A stretch of 64,000 nt of DNA from NCBI GenBank assembly GCA_039794845.1, contig JAUQVK010000037.1, forward strand, positions 28,048-92,047. The letters are read 5' to 3'. How positions within the stretch are numbered: the first letter of the stretch is position 1; every line of letters begins with the position of its first letter. The notes under the pieces were generated by a model. The model was not told where the DNA came from, ran no database searches, and saw nothing but the letters and a program-made list of their open reading frames with translations. The DNA is from Thermostichus sp. DRC_bins_24 (GTDB lineage: Bacteria; Cyanobacteriota; Cyanobacteriia; Thermostichales; Thermostichaceae). Shown one piece after another: positions 19,377 to 32,006 of this stretch. Both the position numbers and the translations under genes were made by a program.

Positions 19377-20357
19377 CTAACTGGGCAAAGTTGGGTCCGT
19401 TTCCGCCAAGAAGTTGAGCGCCACCGACAAAAAGGCCGACGGCGCTTCGATGTGGGGGAAAGCCGCCCCGGGCAGGCGGTAAATCGGCACTTCAGGGCGC
19501 AGGGCACGATACCGATCCGCTTGTTCTGGAGCCGTGAGACGATTGCACTCCCCCCAAACCAGGGCCATGGGTTTGGCCACCACCCGAAAATCTTCCTGAA
19601 TCGGCAAATTCAGCTTGCCCGTTAAGAAGGAGCGTGGGGCAAAGTTGGCCCCCGCCTGGTGAGCGGCCCGGTAGTAGTAGTCCACCACAGCTTCCTCCAG
19701 AGCATAGTCCGGCGAGAACAGGCTTTGTTCCGTAAACAGACGCACACTCCAAGGGGCGGTAATGCCGTTGTAGAGGGCCAGGCCCACCACAGGCAGGCTG
19801 AGCAACCCATAGGCCAACTGGGCCAGCGGGATCCCGACGTTGTCGGGCACCAGGCTGTTGTCCCCCAGAGGGGCAATCAGAAGGAGTTTACGCCAGTGTT
19901 GAGGGGACAGGCGGGCTGAGCGCAGGACAAACCCTGCCGAGAGGGAATTGGCGATGACGTGGCAGGGCTGCCGGATCACCTGCGCAACAAAGTCCTCGAT
20001 CATCTGGGCGTAGAGGTCACCGGTGTATTCCAGATCGGGGCGTTCGGAGTTGCCCCAGCCCAACAAATCTAGGGCATAAACCTGATAGCGCTGGCCCAGC
20101 TCGGCCAGGACGGCACGAAATTCGTAGCTGGAGGAGCCTGCCCCGATTCCGTGCAGCAACAGCAACGGCTGTCCGGATCCCGTGACTTTGTAAAACAAAC
20201 GATGACCGCGCCAGAAACAAACTCTTTCTTCTCCCGGCAACAGGCTCTGCAGGGGCTGCGTCTGGGCGGAGATCCAGGCATTGAGGATGGCCAAGATACC
20301 GACGCCCGCAGCCGTGGCCCATAGACCGGTTTTGAGAACTTGGCTCAGCTCTTTCAT
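19377..20357 (-). CDS. Alpha/beta-fold hydrolase, N-terminal membrane anchor
   Basis: LLLHGIGAG, DLLGWGNS, IANSLS, FPHIE. Confidence 0.85.
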   Translation of the reverse strand: MKELSQVLKTGLWATAAGVGILAILNAWISAQTQPLQSLLPGEERVCFWRGHRLFYKVTGSGQPLLLLHGIGAGSSSYEFRAVLAELGQRYQVYALDLLGWGNSERPDLEYTGDLYAQMIEDFVAQVIRQPCHVIANSLSAGFVLRSARLSPQHWRKLLLIAPLGDNSLVPDNVGIPLAQLAYGLLSLPVVGLALYNGITAPWSVRLFTEQSLFSPDYALEEAVVDYYYRAAHQAGANFAPRSFLTGKLNLPIQEDFRVVAKPMALVWGECNRLTAPEQADRYRALRPEVPIYRLPGAAFPHIEAPSAFLSVALNFLAETDPTLPS

Positions 20358-20391
20358 GCTAAGCGGCCCCAGAACAGAGCGGGAGAACTCC

Positions 20392-20616
20392 TCATTTTTT
20401 CTTGAGGCGGTAGGTGATGCGCCCTTTGTTCAAATCGTAGGGGCTCAGCTCCACCTTGACCCGATCACCGGGCAGGATTTTGATGTAGTTGCGGCGAATT
20501 TTGCCGGAGATGTGGGCAAGTACGTTAAAGCCGTTGTCCAGATCAACTCGGAACATGGCGTTGGGCAGCGATTCTGTGACCACCCCTTCCATCTCAATGG
20601 CATCTTCTTTAGACAA
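20392..20616 (-). CDS. infA: Translation initiation factor IF-1
   Basis: [25 protein letters not shown]. Confidence 0.98.
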   Translation of the reverse strand: MSKEDAIEMEGVVTESLPNAMFRVDLDNGFNVLAHISGKIRRNYIKILPGDRVKVELSPYDLNKGRITYRLKKK

Positions 20617-20696
20617 TGAACCCTCCTAAAAACGACACAACAACACCCTTCATCAGACCACTTGACCTCTCCATCCTAGCTTTTGCAGCAAATCCC

Positions 20697-21470
20697 TCAG
20701 GATTGGAAGGGGGTACGATCCGTCAAGATTTCTGCCCCAGACTCGGTGACCAAAACGGTATGTTCAAACTGGGCCGACCAAGCACCATCCACCGTCACCA
20801 CCGTCCACTGATCCCCCAACACTCGGGTTGCCTCTCCCCCGGCATTCACCATCGGCTCGATGGCTACGGTCATGCCAGAGCGCAATTTGGGGTTGGGCAG
20901 ATCGCGGGTGCGGTAGTTGGGGAACTGCGGCTCTTCGTGTAGGTTGCGCCCCACCCCATGGCCGACATACTGCTTAACCACCGAGTAGCCCCGCCCCTCG
21001 ATGTAGTCTTCGATGGCTGCCGAGACATCCTGAAGCAAGATGCCATGGCGCACGTGGTCAATACCCGTCTGCAGTGCTTTGGCGGCAGTATCAATCAGAT
21101 CGCGGGAGGCGTCGCTCAGGGGCTCCAGACCGATGGTGAGACAAGAATCCGCGTGCCACCCCTCGACAATGGCGCCGAAATCCACCTTGACCACGTCCCC
21201 GGCTTGAACCAGCTTGTGGCGGCTTGGGATCCCGTGCACCACTTCGTGGTTAACGCTGACACAGACACAGGCGGGAAAGCCGTAGTAGCCCTTAAAGCTA
21301 GGTAAGGCGTTCAGTTCCGCCACCCGTTTTTCGGCATAGGCATCGATGTCTGCAGTGGTCCAGCCCGGTTGCAAACGCTCCGAAATCTCCTGCAGCACCT
21401 GCGCCACCACCCGGCCTGCCCGTCGCATTTTCTCTACTTCCCGTCGAGACTTGATTTCGATGAGCTGCAT
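20697..21470 (-). CDS. map: Methionine aminopeptidase type I (start may extend to 21524)
   Basis: SVNHEVVHGIP, GHGVG..LHEEP, AIEPMVN, AQFEHT. Confidence 0.95.
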   Translation of the reverse strand: MQLIEIKSRREVEKMRRAGRVVAQVLQEISERLQPGWTTADIDAYAEKRVAELNALPSFKGYYGFPACVCVSVNHEVVHGIPSRHKLVQAGDVVKVDFGAIVEGWHADSCLTIGLEPLSDASRDLIDTAAKALQTGIDHVRHGILLQDVSAAIEDYIEGRGYSVVKQYVGHGVGRNLHEEPQFPNYRTRDLPNPKLRSGMTVAIEPMVNAGGEATRVLGDQWTVVTVDGAWSAQFEHTVLVTESGAEILTDRTPFQS

Positions 21471-21520
21471 GCCACGCCGCTGGGATCCCATTTGGGAGGG
21501 GTTGCCGGCTCCTGTCCTAA

Positions 21521-22102
21521 TCACGCTATCCTCCCGCAGCCTTGTAGCAGGGCCTGGAGATGTTCCTGAACCGACTCCATCGATTGGTCGCCGTTTACCC
21601 GTTGCAAACGGCCCTTGGCTGCATAAAAGTCGATCAGAGGGGCAGTTTGTTGGCGGTACACCTGCAACCGCTTCAGGATCACTGCTTCGTTGGCATCGTC
21701 GCTGCGCCCCTGCTCCCGTCCACGAGCCAGCAGCCGCGCCACCAACACCTCATCCGGCACATCCAGGTTGAGAACGTGATCGTAATCTTGTCCAAGTTCT
21801 TTCAGCAGAGCTTCTAGGGCTTCCGCCTGGGGCAGGGTGCGGGGAAAGCCATCCAAGATCCAACCTTGCTCTGGCGAATGCTGCAGTTGTCCCCTTACCA
21901 TCTCCACCAGCACCGCATCCGGCACCAGTTCTCCCGCATCCATGTAGACTTTGGCCTGGGATCCCAGGGGAGTTTGGGCCTTCACCTCCGCTCGCAACAA
22001 ATCTCCCGTTGAGATTTTGGGCATGTGAAAGGCAGCCGCCAACCGTTCTGCCTGCGTACCCTTTCCCGCTCCGGGCGGCCCCAAAAAAATTAACCGTGGC
22101 AC
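21521..22102 (-). CDS. adk: Adenylate kinase (short LID)
   Basis: [23 protein letters not shown]. Confidence 0.97.
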   Translation of the reverse strand: MPRLIFLGPPGAGKGTQAERLAAAFHMPKISTGDLLRAEVKAQTPLGSQAKVYMDAGELVPDAVLVEMVRGQLQHSPEQGWILDGFPRTLPQAEALEALLKELGQDYDHVLNLDVPDEVLVARLLARGREQGRSDDANEAVILKRLQVYRQQTAPLIDFYAAKGRLQRVNGDQSMESVQEHLQALLQGCGRIA

Positions 22103-23400
22103 TATTGCTTCACCATCCCTTCGTAGCGTTGCGAGATCACATAGGTTTGGATCTGCTTGGAGGTCTCAATCGCCACCCCCACCAAGATCAAGAGGGAAGT
22201 GGCCCCCAATCCTTGAAAGGTGGTAATGCCGGTTGCCCGTTCCACTGCCGTGGGAATGATGGCCACAGCACACAGAAACAGCGCCCCCAACAGGGTGAGT
22301 CGATTCAGGATTCCTTCGATGTACTCCGCCGTCGCTTTACCAGGACGTACCCCCGGAATGCTGGCTCCCATCTTCTTCAGATTCTGGGAGAGATCCACCG
22401 GGTTGATAATCAAGGAGGTGTAGAAATAGCTGAAGAGGAGGATGAGGACAAAGTAGACCGGAATATAAAACCAAGAGGTGGGGGCCAAAAGATTCGCCAC
22501 CTGCACCAAGGTCAAGTTCTGGGTGTACTGGGCCAAGGCCAAGGGCAAAGACATCACCGAGTAGGCGAAGATGATCGGCATCACGCCCCCCTGATTTAGC
22601 CGTAGGGGCAGGTAGCTTTTCTGCTCACGGAACAACTTGTTGCCCACCTGGCGTTTGGCGTAGACGATGGGGATCTTGCGGCTGCCCTCTTGGACGAAGA
22701 CGATACCGACAATGGTGACCAGGAAGATGGCAGTCAAGAGAAGAATGCCACCGATGCTGCTGCTATCGGTACGGGCCAAGCTAATGGTTTGCCCTAGAGC
22801 TCGAGGCAGGCTGGCGACGATGTTCACAAAGATCAACAGTGAAGGGCCGCTCCCCACGCCTTTCTCGGTGATCAGTTCCCCCAGCCACATTATGAACATG
22901 GATCCCGCTGCCAGGGCCAACGTGGTGGAGGCCATGAAGGCCAATTCGTTGGTGGTACTGGCAAACTCCCGTACCCAGAAGGAGATGCCAATCCCCTGGA
23001 TGATGGCCCAGCCCAAGGTAACGTAGCGCGTGTACTGAGAAATCTGTCGCCGTCCCTGTTCTCCTTCGTTTTTCTGCAGGTTCTCCAAAGCCGGAATGGC
23101 CGGGGTGAGCAGCTGCATGATGATCGAAGCGTTGATGAAGGGCAAGATGCCCAAGGCAAAGATGCCCAGCGCCGAAATCCCTCCGCCCGAGAACACGTCC
23201 AACAGCCCAAACACAGGACTGTTGGCGGCTTCGGCGGCAAAACGAGCCCGATCGATGCCGGGGATCGGAATGTAAATGCCCAGTCGCACCAGCAGCAACA
23301 GACCCAGCGTCAGAAACAGCCGACCCCGTAGGCCGGCGGCTTGGGCCATCTGCATGAAGGTTTCTTGAGCGGAGGGGGTAGAGCCTCGTGAGTCAACCAT
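22102..23400 (-). CDS. secY: Preprotein translocase SecY
   Basis: [39 protein letters not shown]. Confidence 0.98.
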   Translation of the reverse strand: MVDSRGSTPSAQETFMQMAQAAGLRGRLFLTLGLLLLVRLGIYIPIPGIDRARFAAEAANSPVFGLLDVFSGGGISALGIFALGILPFINASIIMQLLTPAIPALENLQKNEGEQGRRQISQYTRYVTLGWAIIQGIGISFWVREFASTTNELAFMASTTLALAAGSMFIMWLGELITEKGVGSGPSLLIFVNIVASLPRALGQTISLARTDSSSIGGILLLTAIFLVTIVGIVFVQEGSRKIPIVYAKRQVGNKLFREQKSYLPLRLNQGGVMPIIFAYSVMSLPLALAQYTQNLTLVQVANLLAPTSWFYIPVYFVLILLFSYFYTSLIINPVDLSQNLKKMGASIPGVRPGKATAEYIEGILNRLTLLGALFLCAVAIIPTAVERATGITTFQGLGATSLLILVGVAIETSKQIQTYVISQRYEGMVKQ

Positions 23401-23507
23401 AGGGAGGGGAACCTCGCGGGAACAGAAGGGCAAGGTGAGCTACTTACCACTCTACGCCTCGGGTAGGGCAGTCGGCAAAAGCAAGCGGTCAGTGCCAGGC
23501 AGAAAAG

Positions 23508-23960
23508 TTAGGATCCCAGGATTTGCACCTGACCGCCTGCCGCCTCGATCTTGGCCCGGGCGGCGGAGGTGATGGCAGCAGCGCTGATCGTCAGGGGCAC
23601 ACTCACCTCCCCGTGGCCCAAGATTTTCAGGGGGCCATCGTTGGTGGTGACGATCCCCCATTCCATCAGACTTTCCAGAGTCACTTGGCTACCGGAGGGC
23701 AGTTCTGCCAAAGCGCGCAGGTTGATCAGGGTGTAAACCGGGCGCGGCGTGTAGCAAGGGAAATGTTTGAGCTTAGGCACCCGCCGATAAAGGGGGGTTT
23801 GACCGCCTTCAAAACCGGGCCGGGTACTGCCCCCTTTGCGGGCCTTTTGCCCACGCATCCCCTTGCCGCAGGAGGCTCCCTGGCCGGCAGAGATGCCACG
23901 ACCCAGCCGCCGCCGTCGCCGAGTTGATCCCGCTTGGGGTTGAATGTCCTTCAGTCGCAT
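23508..23960 (-). CDS. rplO: 50S ribosomal protein L15
   Basis: [33 protein letters not shown]. Confidence 0.97.
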   Translation of the reverse strand: MRLKDIQPQAGSTRRRRRLGRGISAGQGASCGKGMRGQKARKGGSTRPGFEGGQTPLYRRVPKLKHFPCYTPRPVYTLINLRALAELPSGSQVTLESLMEWGIVTTNDGPLKILGHGEVSVPLTISAAAITSAARAKIEAAGGQVQILGS

Positions 23961-23985
23961 GGTCACCTTGGGTTCACTTGCTGGT

Positions 23986-24522
23986 TCACTTGCTAAATAG
24001 GCGGCGCACATCGATATCGCGATCCTGGGCCACCTGTTCAAAGGTTCGCATCCGCCGCAGCGCATCGACGGTAGCACGGGCGTTGTTGAGGGGGTTGCTG
24101 GATCCCAGTTGCTTGGCCAGGCTGTTGCGTACTCCCGCCAATTCCAGAACCGTACGCACAGCTCCCCCCGCGATCACCCCCGTACCGGGGGCGGCAGGCA
24201 TGACCAATACAGCAGCACCTCCACCGCGCCCGCGCATGGGATGGGGAACCGACAGGCCATTGGTGAGGGGCACATCGATGAGATGCTTCTTGCCATCCAC
24301 CCCTCCCTTGCGCACCGCCCCGATTACATCATTGGCCTTGCCCACGCCAACCCCGACTTGGCCGCGCTCGTTGCCGACCACCACCACAGCTCGGAAGCTC
24401 AGCTTTTTGCCACCCTTGACCACCTTGGTAACACGACGGATCTGGATAACCCGTTCTTGCCACTCGTTCGATTGCTCTTCGCGGTTTTTCTTGCTTCTGC
24501 GACGTTCTCTCTGCTCAGCCAT
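23986..24522 (-). CDS. rpsE: 30S ribosomal protein S5
   Basis: [23 protein letters not shown]. Confidence 0.97.
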   Translation of the reverse strand: MAEQRERRRSKKNREEQSNEWQERVIQIRRVTKVVKGGKKLSFRAVVVVGNERGQVGVGVGKANDVIGAVRKGGVDGKKHLIDVPLTNGLSVPHPMRGRGGGAAVLVMPAAPGTGVIAGGAVRTVLELAGVRNSLAKQLGSSNPLNNARATVDALRRMRTFEQVAQDRDIDVRRLFSK

Positions 24523-24629
24523 GTGTATCTGTCCTCAGTGACGGTTGGGATCCCTACCTTGAATTTGGATGTCTGTGCCAGCTGTTTGCCCCATGGGATC
24601 CCCAGGGATCCCGTGGCTCCACTCAACCC

Positions 24630-24998
24630 TTAAAACTGCAAACCTGCCTCTCGGGCGGCTTCGGCGAGGGCGCGGATGCGTCCGTGATAGAGTTTGCCCC
24701 CCCGGTCAAAGACCACCTGCGAAATGCCTACCCGCAAAGCCCGTTCGGCAACCGAGCGACCAACCAGAGTGGCGGCCTCCTGGGTGGCAGCCCTGATCTC
24801 CCCCAACTCCTGCCGCAGTTCGGTGTCAAGGGTAGAGGCCGAAGCCAAGGTATGCTGAGCCACATCGTCGATGACCTGGGCATAGATATGTTGGTGGGAG
24901 CGAAACACGGCCAAGCGAGGCCGCTCCGCGGTGCCAAAAACTTTGCGACGAATCCGCCGGTGGCGACGTTGGGTGGTGGTTTTGCGGTTGGTTTTCAT
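24630..24998 (-). CDS. rplR: 50S ribosomal protein L18
   Basis: [25 protein letters not shown]. Confidence 0.97.
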   Translation of the reverse strand: MKTNRKTTTQRRHRRIRRKVFGTAERPRLAVFRSHQHIYAQVIDDVAQHTLASASTLDTELRQELGEIRAATQEAATLVGRSVAERALRVGISQVVFDRGGKLYHGRIRALAEAAREAGLQF

Positions 24999-25000
24999 GG

Positions 25001-25546
25001 CTATTTCTTCGCTTTCCCAGATTTACCTGCCTTGCGGCGCACTTGTTCCCCTTGATAACGGATCCCTTTGCCCTTGTAGGGTTCCGGTGGGCGGGTGGCC
25101 CGGATCCGTGCGGCGGTGTTCCCCACCAGCTCCTTGTCAATGCCCGAGACCACAACCGTGGTGTTGCCCTCGACGGCAATTTGAATCCCGGGGGGGAAGG
25201 GGATCTCCACCGGGTTACTGTAACCGACGTTCAAGATCAGCTTGGTGCCCTGGGTGGAAGCGCGGTAGCCCACACCCACCAGTTCCAGCCTACGTTCAAA
25301 CCCCTTGGATACCCCATCCACCATGTTGGCGACCAAGGTGCGGCAGAGGCCGTGCAGTTGGCGGGCAGGCCGAGACTCGTTGACCCGGCTGACCGTGAGC
25401 ACCTGAGCCTCTCGATCTACAGAAACCAGGGGGGGCAGGCTGCGAGACAGTTGTCCCTTGGGTCCCTTGACCGAGATCTGCCGGCCTTCGATCTGGATCT
25501 CCACCTTGGCAGGAAGGGGAATGGGGCGTCTACCGATACGGGACAT
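25001..25546 (-). CDS. rplF: 50S ribosomal protein L6
   Basis: [22 protein letters not shown]. Confidence 0.97.
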   Translation of the reverse strand: MSRIGRRPIPLPAKVEIQIEGRQISVKGPKGQLSRSLPPLVSVDREAQVLTVSRVNESRPARQLHGLCRTLVANMVDGVSKGFERRLELVGVGYRASTQGTKLILNVGYSNPVEIPFPPGIQIAVEGNTTVVVSGIDKELVGNTAARIRATRPPEPYKGKGIRYQGEQVRRKAGKSGKAKK

Positions 25547-25598
25547 GGGAAAACTCCTGACAAGAGTACAATTCAACTCAAGAGATCAATCAAATAGA

Positions 25599-26003
25599 TC
25601 AATAGACAAAGCAGAGCACTTCACCGCCGATGCCCTGCTTGCGAGCATCCCGGTCGGTCATGATGCCACTGGAGGTGGAGATGATGGCGATGCCAATGCC
25701 TCCGAGCACACGGGGCAGCTCCTTGTGATTGCGATACACCCGCAGCCCCGGCCGACTCACCCGCTTCAGGCCGTTGATGATCGGCTTACGACCTTTGCCC
25801 TTGTACTTCAGCCGCAAGGTGAGCTGAGCCTGGATCCCTTCTCCCTCTTCTTTCCACTCGCTCACAAAACCTTCCTCGTAAAGGACGCGAGCGATGCTGC
25901 GAGTCATGCGAGTTGCTGGGATCGCCACCGACTCGTGCCGAGCCATCGTGGCGTTGCGAATGCGGGTGAGCATATCGGCGATCGTGTCGTTGGTGTGGGC
26001 CAT
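25599..26003 (-). CDS. rpsH: 30S ribosomal protein S8
   Basis: [26 protein letters not shown]. Confidence 0.97.
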   Translation of the reverse strand: MAHTNDTIADMLTRIRNATMARHESVAIPATRMTRSIARVLYEEGFVSEWKEEGEGIQAQLTLRLKYKGKGRKPIINGLKRVSRPGLRVYRNHKELPRVLGGIGIAIISTSSGIMTDRDARKQGIGGEVLCFVY

Positions 26004-26089
26004 GGGTGGGTCGGTACTCCTCAGGAGATCGATTCAGGTCAGTAGAGGCGGTGCACAAGCACACCAGGAGGGGACAAGAAGGCAAAACT

Positions 26090-26632
26090 CTAAGAGGTAA
26101 AGGGCATGCCGAACTCCTTGAGCAGGGCACGTCCCTCCTCATCGGATTTGGCAGTGGTCACGATCGAGATATCCATGCCCCGCAGCTGATCCACAGAGTC
26201 GTAGCTGATTTCCGGAAAAATCAGTTGCTCACGGATACCGAGGGTGTAGTTCCCCCGCCCATCGAAAGCTTTGGGGCTAACGCCTCGAAAGTCGCGGATA
26301 CGGGGGAGAGCAACATTGATCAAGCGGTCAAGAAAGGCATACATGCGTTCCCGCCGCAGGGTCACCATCAAACACCCCCGCATGCCCTTACGGATTTTGA
26401 AGCTGGCAATCGCCTTTTTGGCGCGGGTAATCACCGGACGCTGGCCTGTGATGGTACTGATCTCAGCAATGGAGGACTCCAAAGCCTTGGCGTTTTGAGA
26501 GGCATCTCCAAGGCCACGGTTGACCACGATCTTCTCAAGGCGGGGCACCTGATGAATGTTGGTGTACCCCAGCTCCTTTTGGAGTTTGGGAAGAATAACT
26601 TGGGTGTAGTGGGTTTGTAGGCGTTGAGGCAT
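26090..26632 (-). CDS. rplE: 50S ribosomal protein L5
   Basis: [28 protein letters not shown]. Confidence 0.97.
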   Translation of the reverse strand: MPQRLQTHYTQVILPKLQKELGYTNIHQVPRLEKIVVNRGLGDASQNAKALESSIAEISTITGQRPVITRAKKAIASFKIRKGMRGCLMVTLRRERMYAFLDRLINVALPRIRDFRGVSPKAFDGRGNYTLGIREQLIFPEISYDSVDQLRGMDISIVTTAKSDEEGRALLKEFGMPFTS

Positions 26633-26694
26633 GGGAGGGTTCTCCTTACGGCTCTGGGCTGGGTCAGAGCCAAACCAATAAAAAGGAATCTTGC

Positions 26695-27093
26695 TTAGTC
26701 GAGGATCTCGCCGGTTTTCTTGAGAACACGGACTTTACGGCCATCGGCAGTGATTTGGTAGCCAATGCGGCTGGCCACTTCCTGCTTTTTGGAATAGGCC
26801 ATCACCTTGCAGACAGGAATGGGAGCTTCTTTGGTTTCGATCCTGCCGCTTTCCCCCTCCCGCTGTGGTTTGCGGTGGTAGGTAACGATGTTCACCCCCT
26901 CCACCAAGACCATGTTGCGTTCAGGGAAGGCCCGCAGCACCTCGCCAATTTTGCCTTTGTCATCCCCAGAGATCACCTGTACCGTATCGCCCTGTTTGAT
27001 GCGCATCTTGTAGCGCAACCCGTTGCGGTGCTTGCGAATGCCAGAGCGTTCGGTCAATCGCCGAATCTGGCTGGGTTTGAGAGGACGAGCCAT
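26695..27093 (-). CDS. rplX: 50S ribosomal protein L24 (basic N-terminal extension)
   Basis: KOW motif [17 protein letters not shown]. Confidence 0.95.
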   Translation of the reverse strand: MARPLKPSQIRRLTERSGIRKHRNGLRYKMRIKQGDTVQVISGDDKGKIGEVLRAFPERNMVLVEGVNIVTYHRKPQREGESGRIETKEAPIPVCKVMAYSKKQEVASRIGYQITADGRKVRVLKKTGEILD

Positions 27094-27461
27094 TACAGTA
27101 CCTCCGGGGCAAGCGAGACGATCTTGGTGTAGTTTTTCTCGCGCAGTTCACGGGCTACTGGGCCAAAGACCCGTGTTCCGCGTGGATTGCCTTCGTTGTT
27201 GATGATTACGGCGGCGTTGTCGTCGAAGCGGATGCACATACCATCAGGGCGACGTACCGTATCGACGGTGCGGATGACGACGGCCTTGACGACATCCGAT
27301 TTCTTCACAGGCATATTGGGCAGGGCATCCTTGACGACCCCGATGATCACATCCCCCAAGCTGGCGTAGCGACGGCCACTGCTACCCAGGACGCGGATGC
27401 ACATCATCTTGCGTGCCCCGGTGTTGTCGGCCACCGTCAACATGGTTTGCTGCTGAATCAT
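27093..27461 (-). CDS. rplN: 50S ribosomal protein L14
   Basis: [22 protein letters not shown]. Confidence 0.98.
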   Translation of the reverse strand: MIQQQTMLTVADNTGARKMMCIRVLGSSGRRYASLGDVIIGVVKDALPNMPVKKSDVVKAVVIRTVDTVRRPDGMCIRFDDNAAVIINNEGNPRGTRVFGPVARELREKNYTKIVSLAPEVL

Positions 27462-27709
27462 AGTTTCTTCACCTCCCGCAGAATCTCAGCCACCTGCCAA
27501 CGCTTGGTTCGACTAAGGGGACGGGTTTCGGTGATCCGCACGAGATCCCCCTCTTGACAGCGGTCTTCTTCGTCATGGGCTTTGAATCGCTTGGTTTTGA
27601 CGACGATTTTGCCGTACTTGCTGTGGGCAACCCGATCTTCAACGGCAACGACCACTGTTTTTTGCATCTTGTTGCTGACGACAATGCCAATCTTTTCTCG
27701 AACAGCCAT
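27458..27709 (-). CDS. rpsQ: 30S ribosomal protein S17
   Basis: [23 protein letters not shown]. Confidence 0.97.
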   Translation of the reverse strand: MAVREKIGIVVSNKMQKTVVVAVEDRVAHSKYGKIVVKTKRFKAHDEEDRCQEGDLVRITETRPLSRTKRWQVAEILREVKKL

Positions 27710-27930
27710 CAGTTCTTCTCCTCTGGGCGCTCGCCCCGCTTGCGTTCCCCTTCAACCGTCAACAACTGGGCCAGTTTGTGTTTGCGCAAGCGAATCAAAT
27801 GGGGTTGATTCAACTGTCGTGTGGCCAGCTGTAGGCGCAGCTCAAACAACTCTTTCTTAACTGTGTAGATCTCGTTGCTCAACTCTTCGTCAGACAGGGC
27901 ACGGGCATCGGCAATTTTGGGCATCGGCAT
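27709..27930 (-). CDS. rpmC: 50S ribosomal protein L29
   Basis: [17 protein letters not shown]; operon position. Confidence 0.95.
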   Translation of the reverse strand: MPMPKIADARALSDEELSNEIYTVKKELFELRLQLATRQLNQPHLIRLRKHKLAQLLTVEGERKRGERPEEKN

Positions 27931-27935
27931 AACAG

Positions 27936-28409
27936 TTACTCTCCTTGGGCAGTAGCAGCGAGTTCTGCAGCAGCGTCTTTACCGGAGGCTTCTTCCGCAA
28001 AATCAGCCTTGGTGACGAACTTTACTTTGATCGGCAGCTTCTGGGCGGCAAGGCGCATCGCTTCGCGAGCAATCGGTTCTGCCACTCCCCCCATCTCGAA
28101 GAGGATACGGCCCGGCTTGACGACACAGACCCAAAACTCGGGGTTGCCCTTACCGGATCCCATCCGTGTTTCGGCGGCCCGCTGGGTGACGGGCTTGTCG
28201 GGGAAGATGCGAATCCAGATCTGACCACCACGGCGGACGTAGCGGGTCATGGCACGACGGCTGGCCTCAATTTGCCGGGCGGTGATCCAGCAGGGTTCGG
28301 TGGCCACCAGGGCGTACTCCCCAAAGTTAATGCGGTTACCTCGGGTGGCTTTGCCTTTCATGCGCCCGCGCTGTTGCTTGCGGTATTTGGTCCGTTTGGG
28401 GCTTAACAT
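27936..28409 (-). CDS. rplP: 50S ribosomal protein L16
   Basis: [18 protein letters not shown]. Confidence 0.97.
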   Translation of the reverse strand: MLSPKRTKYRKQQRGRMKGKATRGNRINFGEYALVATEPCWITARQIEASRRAMTRYVRRGGQIWIRIFPDKPVTQRAAETRMGSGKGNPEFWVCVVKPGRILFEMGGVAEPIAREAMRLAAQKLPIKVKFVTKADFAEEASGKDAAAELAATAQGE

Positions 28410-28453
28410 GGCCGTTCCTCAACTGTGAACCGATATCCCTAGGAGTGAAATCC

Positions 28454-29200
28454 TCAAGCATCTGCTGCCGAGCGGTCTTCAAAGGTGGGGCGCCGCCGTT
28501 GTTGCCGCCGCTTGGGCTGTTGCAGCGGGGCTTTTTGCTCCGGTCGCTCTTGGCCGGGAAGCACTTCGCCTTTGAAGATCCAAACCTTGACCCCGATGAT
28601 GCCGAAGGTGGTGCGGGCAACATGCTCGGCATAGTCGATATCCGCCCGCAAGGTATGCAGAGGGATCCGCCCTTCTCGAGTCCACTCGCTGCGAGCAATT
28701 TCGGCCCCGTTGAGTCGCCCGGCAATTTGGATTTTGATCCCTTGCACACCCGCCCGCTGAGCCCGTTGAATCACCTGACGCACAATGCGACGAAAGGCAA
28801 TCCGCCGTTCCAACTGTTGAGCGATGTTTTCCGCCAGCAGGGCCGCTTCCGCATCAGCGCGCGCTACCTCCACCACATTGATGCGGATCGTCCGCTCGGT
28901 GCCGCCCTGTAGGCCAAGTTCCTTTTGCAGACCTTGGCGCAGTGCCTCCAGGCCGGTTCCTCCTCGACCCACCACCACTCCCGGACGAGAGGCCCGAACT
29001 TCTAGGTCAATTTGATCCGCTTTACGCTCAATTTGAATATCCGCCAAACCGGCACTGCTCAGCTGCTTGGTTAGGTAGGTGCGAATGTGCTCGTCCTCCC
29101 GCAGCAAAGCTGGGTAGTGAGCCGGATCGGCAAACCAGCGGCTGCGATGGTCTTTAATCACGCCGAGGCGAAAACCGTTGGGGTGGATCTTCTGTCCCAT
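28454..29200 (-). CDS. rpsC: 30S ribosomal protein S3
   Basis: [32 protein letters not shown]. Confidence 0.97.
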   Translation of the reverse strand: MGQKIHPNGFRLGVIKDHRSRWFADPAHYPALLREDEHIRTYLTKQLSSAGLADIQIERKADQIDLEVRASRPGVVVGRGGTGLEALRQGLQKELGLQGGTERTIRINVVEVARADAEAALLAENIAQQLERRIAFRRIVRQVIQRAQRAGVQGIKIQIAGRLNGAEIARSEWTREGRIPLHTLRADIDYAEHVARTTFGIIGVKVWIFKGEVLPGQERPEQKAPLQQPKRRQQRRRPTFEDRSAADA

Positions 29201-29241
29201 GGTGGTGTCGGTTGAAGGGTAAAGGTCTGAGAAGGAGGAGT

Positions 29242-29613
29242 TTAGGAGGCCGTTGCCGCTTCAGCTTCCATGGGCCGGACGGCAATGGTGATGTGACAGG
29301 TGCGCTTGCGAATTGGGTAGGCCCGACCCTGGGCACGGGGGCGAAACCGCTTCAACACGGGCCCCTGATCGGCATAGGCTTGGCTGATGACCAGATCCCG
29401 TGGATCCAGGCCGTTGTTGTGTTCTGCATTGGCTACGGCCGAGCGCAGCACCTTACGGATCGGCTCACAGGCGGCATAGGGCATGAACTCCAATAGGATC
29501 AAGGCGTCGGCATAGGTACGCCCACGGATCTGATCCAGCACCCGACGCACCTTAAAGGGGGACATGCGGATGTAGCGGGCTACCGCTTTGATGTCAGATG
29601 ACGAATCAGCCAT
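29242..29613 (-). CDS. rplV: 50S ribosomal protein L22
   Basis: [26 protein letters not shown]. Confidence 0.97.
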   Translation of the reverse strand: MADSSSDIKAVARYIRMSPFKVRRVLDQIRGRTYADALILLEFMPYAACEPIRKVLRSAVANAEHNNGLDPRDLVISQAYADQGPVLKRFRPRAQGRAYPIRKRTCHITIAVRPMEAEAATAS

Positions 29614-29655
29614 AACGCTCTCCTGTTGGATCACTCTCCCAATCGGTTGCTCTGT

Positions 29656-29937
29656 TCAACGACGAGATGCCTTCTTGTCGCTACCCGCGTGGCCGCGGAA
29701 GGTTCTTGTGGGAACGAATTCCCCCAGTTTGTGGCCCACCATCTGATCGGTAATGAACAAGGGCACATGTTGCTTGCCGTTGTGAACCGCGATGGTATGG
29801 CCGATCATCACAGGCAGAATGGTGCTGGCCCGCGACCAAGTCTTCAACATCTGCTTCTCATTGCGCTCGTTCATCTTCTCCACCTTGAGAAGCAGTTTGG
29901 CATCGACAAAAGGGCCTTTTTTCAGTGAACGTCCCAT
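29656..29937 (-). CDS. rpsS: 30S ribosomal protein S19
   Basis: [24 protein letters not shown]. Confidence 0.98.
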   Translation of the reverse strand: MGRSLKKGPFVDAKLLLKVEKMNERNEKQMLKTWSRASTILPVMIGHTIAVHNGKQHVPLFITDQMVGHKLGEFVPTRTFRGHAGSDKKASRR

Positions 29938-29986
29938 GAGAACCTCGAAAGTCAAAGCAAGCAAAAACAACAGTAGAAGAAGGGTT

Positions 29987-30871
29987 TTACTGGGCAGCCC
30001 GTCCGCCCTTGTTGCGGCGACCACCCCGACGCCGTCCCCGCACCACCAGTTTGTTGCTGGCCTTGTTGCGCTTGCGCGTCTTGTAGCCCAGGGTGGGTTT
30101 GCCCCAGGGGGTGACAGGGCCGCTGCGACCGATGGGGGCCCGCCCTTCCCCACCGCCATGGGGGTGATCCACCGGGTTCATCACCGAACCGCGAACCTTC
30201 GGGCGGCGACCCAACCAACGGCTGCGCCCCGCCTTGCCAAGGCTGAGGTTGCTGTGATCGACGTTGCCCACTTGGCCGATGGTGGCGTAGCATTCCGCCC
30301 GAATCATGCGCACCTCCCCAGAGGGCAGCTTCAGAGAGACATACTTGCCCTCTTTGGCCACCACTTGGGCTCCGGCCCCTGCAGCCCGCACAATTTGCCC
30401 GCCCCGACCGGGATACAGCTCGACATTGTGAACGACGGTTCCCAACGGGATCCGCTCTAGGGCCATGGCGTTGCCGACCTCGAAAGGTGCATCGGGGCCT
30501 GCGATGATGGTGGTGCCAACTTCCAAATAGCGGGGGGCAAGAATGTAGCGCTTCTCGCCGTCTTCGTACTGCACCAAGGAGATGCGGGCATTGCGATTGG
30601 GATCATACTCGACGGTTTTCACTAGAGCAGGGATCCCACGCTTATCCCGGCGAAAATCGATGAGGCGATAAAGCTGCTTGTGGCCACCGCCGCGCCGCCG
30701 ACTGGTGATGATGCCGCGGTTGTTACGCCCCTTTTTGCGATGAATGAACTGCAGCAGAGACTTTTCCGGTCGGTGCCGCTTGCCATTTTCATCCCGAGAC
30801 AGCTCCTCAAAGTCAGAGACCGTCATCTGGCGGGTGCTGGGGGTGTAAGGTCGGAAGGTACGAATGCCCAT
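29987..30871 (-). CDS. rplB: 50S ribosomal protein L2
   Basis: [21 protein letters not shown]. Confidence 0.98.
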   Translation of the reverse strand: MGIRTFRPYTPSTRQMTVSDFEELSRDENGKRHRPEKSLLQFIHRKKGRNNRGIITSRRRGGGHKQLYRLIDFRRDKRGIPALVKTVEYDPNRNARISLVQYEDGEKRYILAPRYLEVGTTIIAGPDAPFEVGNAMALERIPLGTVVHNVELYPGRGGQIVRAAGAGAQVVAKEGKYVSLKLPSGEVRMIRAECYATIGQVGNVDHSNLSLGKAGRSRWLGRRPKVRGSVMNPVDHPHGGGEGRAPIGRSGPVTPWGKPTLGYKTRKRNKASNKLVVRGRRRGGRRNKGGRAAQ

Positions 30872-30924
30872 GGTTGGAGTGGAGGTGGGGGACTCAGTTC
30901 AAGCAATTGGGGAGAGGAAACGGC

Positions 30925-31224
30925 TTAGCTATCGGGGAAGAGGGTGATGGAATCGCCTTCCGCCAAGGTGACGATCGCCCGCTTGGGGCGCGTACGATAG
31001 CCGATGAAACGACCGACCCGCCGTTGCTTACGGGCTGGCTGCAAGGTGTTAACGGCGGTGACCCGCACCCCAAACATCTCTTCGACCGCAGCCCGGATCA
31101 GCGGCTTAGTGGCAGTGGGCATCACCTCGAAGGTGTACTTGCCTTGCTCCATCAGCACCGTTGCTTTTTCCGTGACGATCGGGCGCAACAACACGTCCGC
31201 CAAGATCCGCTTGCTCTCAGTCAT
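30925..31224 (-). CDS. rplW: 50S ribosomal protein L23
   Basis: PIVTEKA, KRAIVTL. Confidence 0.96.
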   Translation of the reverse strand: MTESKRILADVLLRPIVTEKATVLMEQGKYTFEVMPTATKPLIRAAVEEMFGVRVTAVNTLQPARKQRRVGRFIGYRTRPKRAIVTLAEGDSITLFPDS

Positions 31225-31948
31225 CGCCTTGCTCCTCTTCTTCTTCCGCTATGTCTTCGGCAGAGTTGATGGCCGCTTGAGGAGATGGGGCAGAGGCCGC
31301 CTCAGTTGCCACCGGCTCGGATCCCCAACGGGCCTTGAGCTGCTCCAGTGCAGAGGTGGTAATCAGCACCCAATCCACATTGAGGAGGTCAAACACATTG
31401 ATCTGATCCAGGCCGATCAACTTGACACGGGCAATGTTGCGCACGGCCCGCTCCAAGACTTCTGAACGATCAGATACAATTAACAAAGCCGACTGGTCTT
31501 CCATAACCCCCCAGCGCAACAAGGCCTGGGCCACCTCGCGGGTCTTGGGAGGGTTGAGCTGCTCCTGAAAGTCTTGCACCACAATCAGGTCTTCAGCGCG
31601 ACTTTGCAAAGCGGTACGCAAAGCCAGCTGCCGCTCCTTGCGGTTCATGGCCAGATTGTATTCGCGCTTGCGGGGGCCGAAGATCACCCCACCTTTGCGC
31701 CAGAGCGGGGAGCGAATGGAACCCGCTCGAGCCCGTCCCGTGCCCTTTTGCTTCCAGGGCTTGCGACCGCCGCCGCGCACCTCGGAACGGGTTTTGGTGT
31801 GGGCGTTGCCTTGGCGGGCATTGGTCATCTGCCGACGCACAGCCAAATGAAGGATGTGGGCTGCCACCTCGGGGCGAGCCACCTTCAGACTCAGCTCCGC
31901 GCTCCCCACGGTTTCCCCTTGCCAATCTTTAACCACACAACTTGCCAT
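31217..31948 (-). CDS. rplD: 50S ribosomal protein L4 (acidic C-terminal tail)
   Basis: [25 protein letters not shown]. Confidence 0.97.
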   Translation of the reverse strand: MASCVVKDWQGETVGSAELSLKVARPEVAAHILHLAVRRQMTNARQGNAHTKTRSEVRGGGRKPWKQKGTGRARAGSIRSPLWRKGGVIFGPRKREYNLAMNRKERQLALRTALQSRAEDLIVVQDFQEQLNPPKTREVAQALLRWGVMEDQSALLIVSDRSEVLERAVRNIARVKLIGLDQINVFDLLNVDWVLITTSALEQLKARWGSEPVATEAASAPSPQAAINSAEDIAEEEEEQGDD

Positions 31949-32006
31949 TGTTCCCTCGTCTTTGCGGATGCTGGTCGACTGCGGCGTTTGCTTAGGGATC
32001 CCTCAA

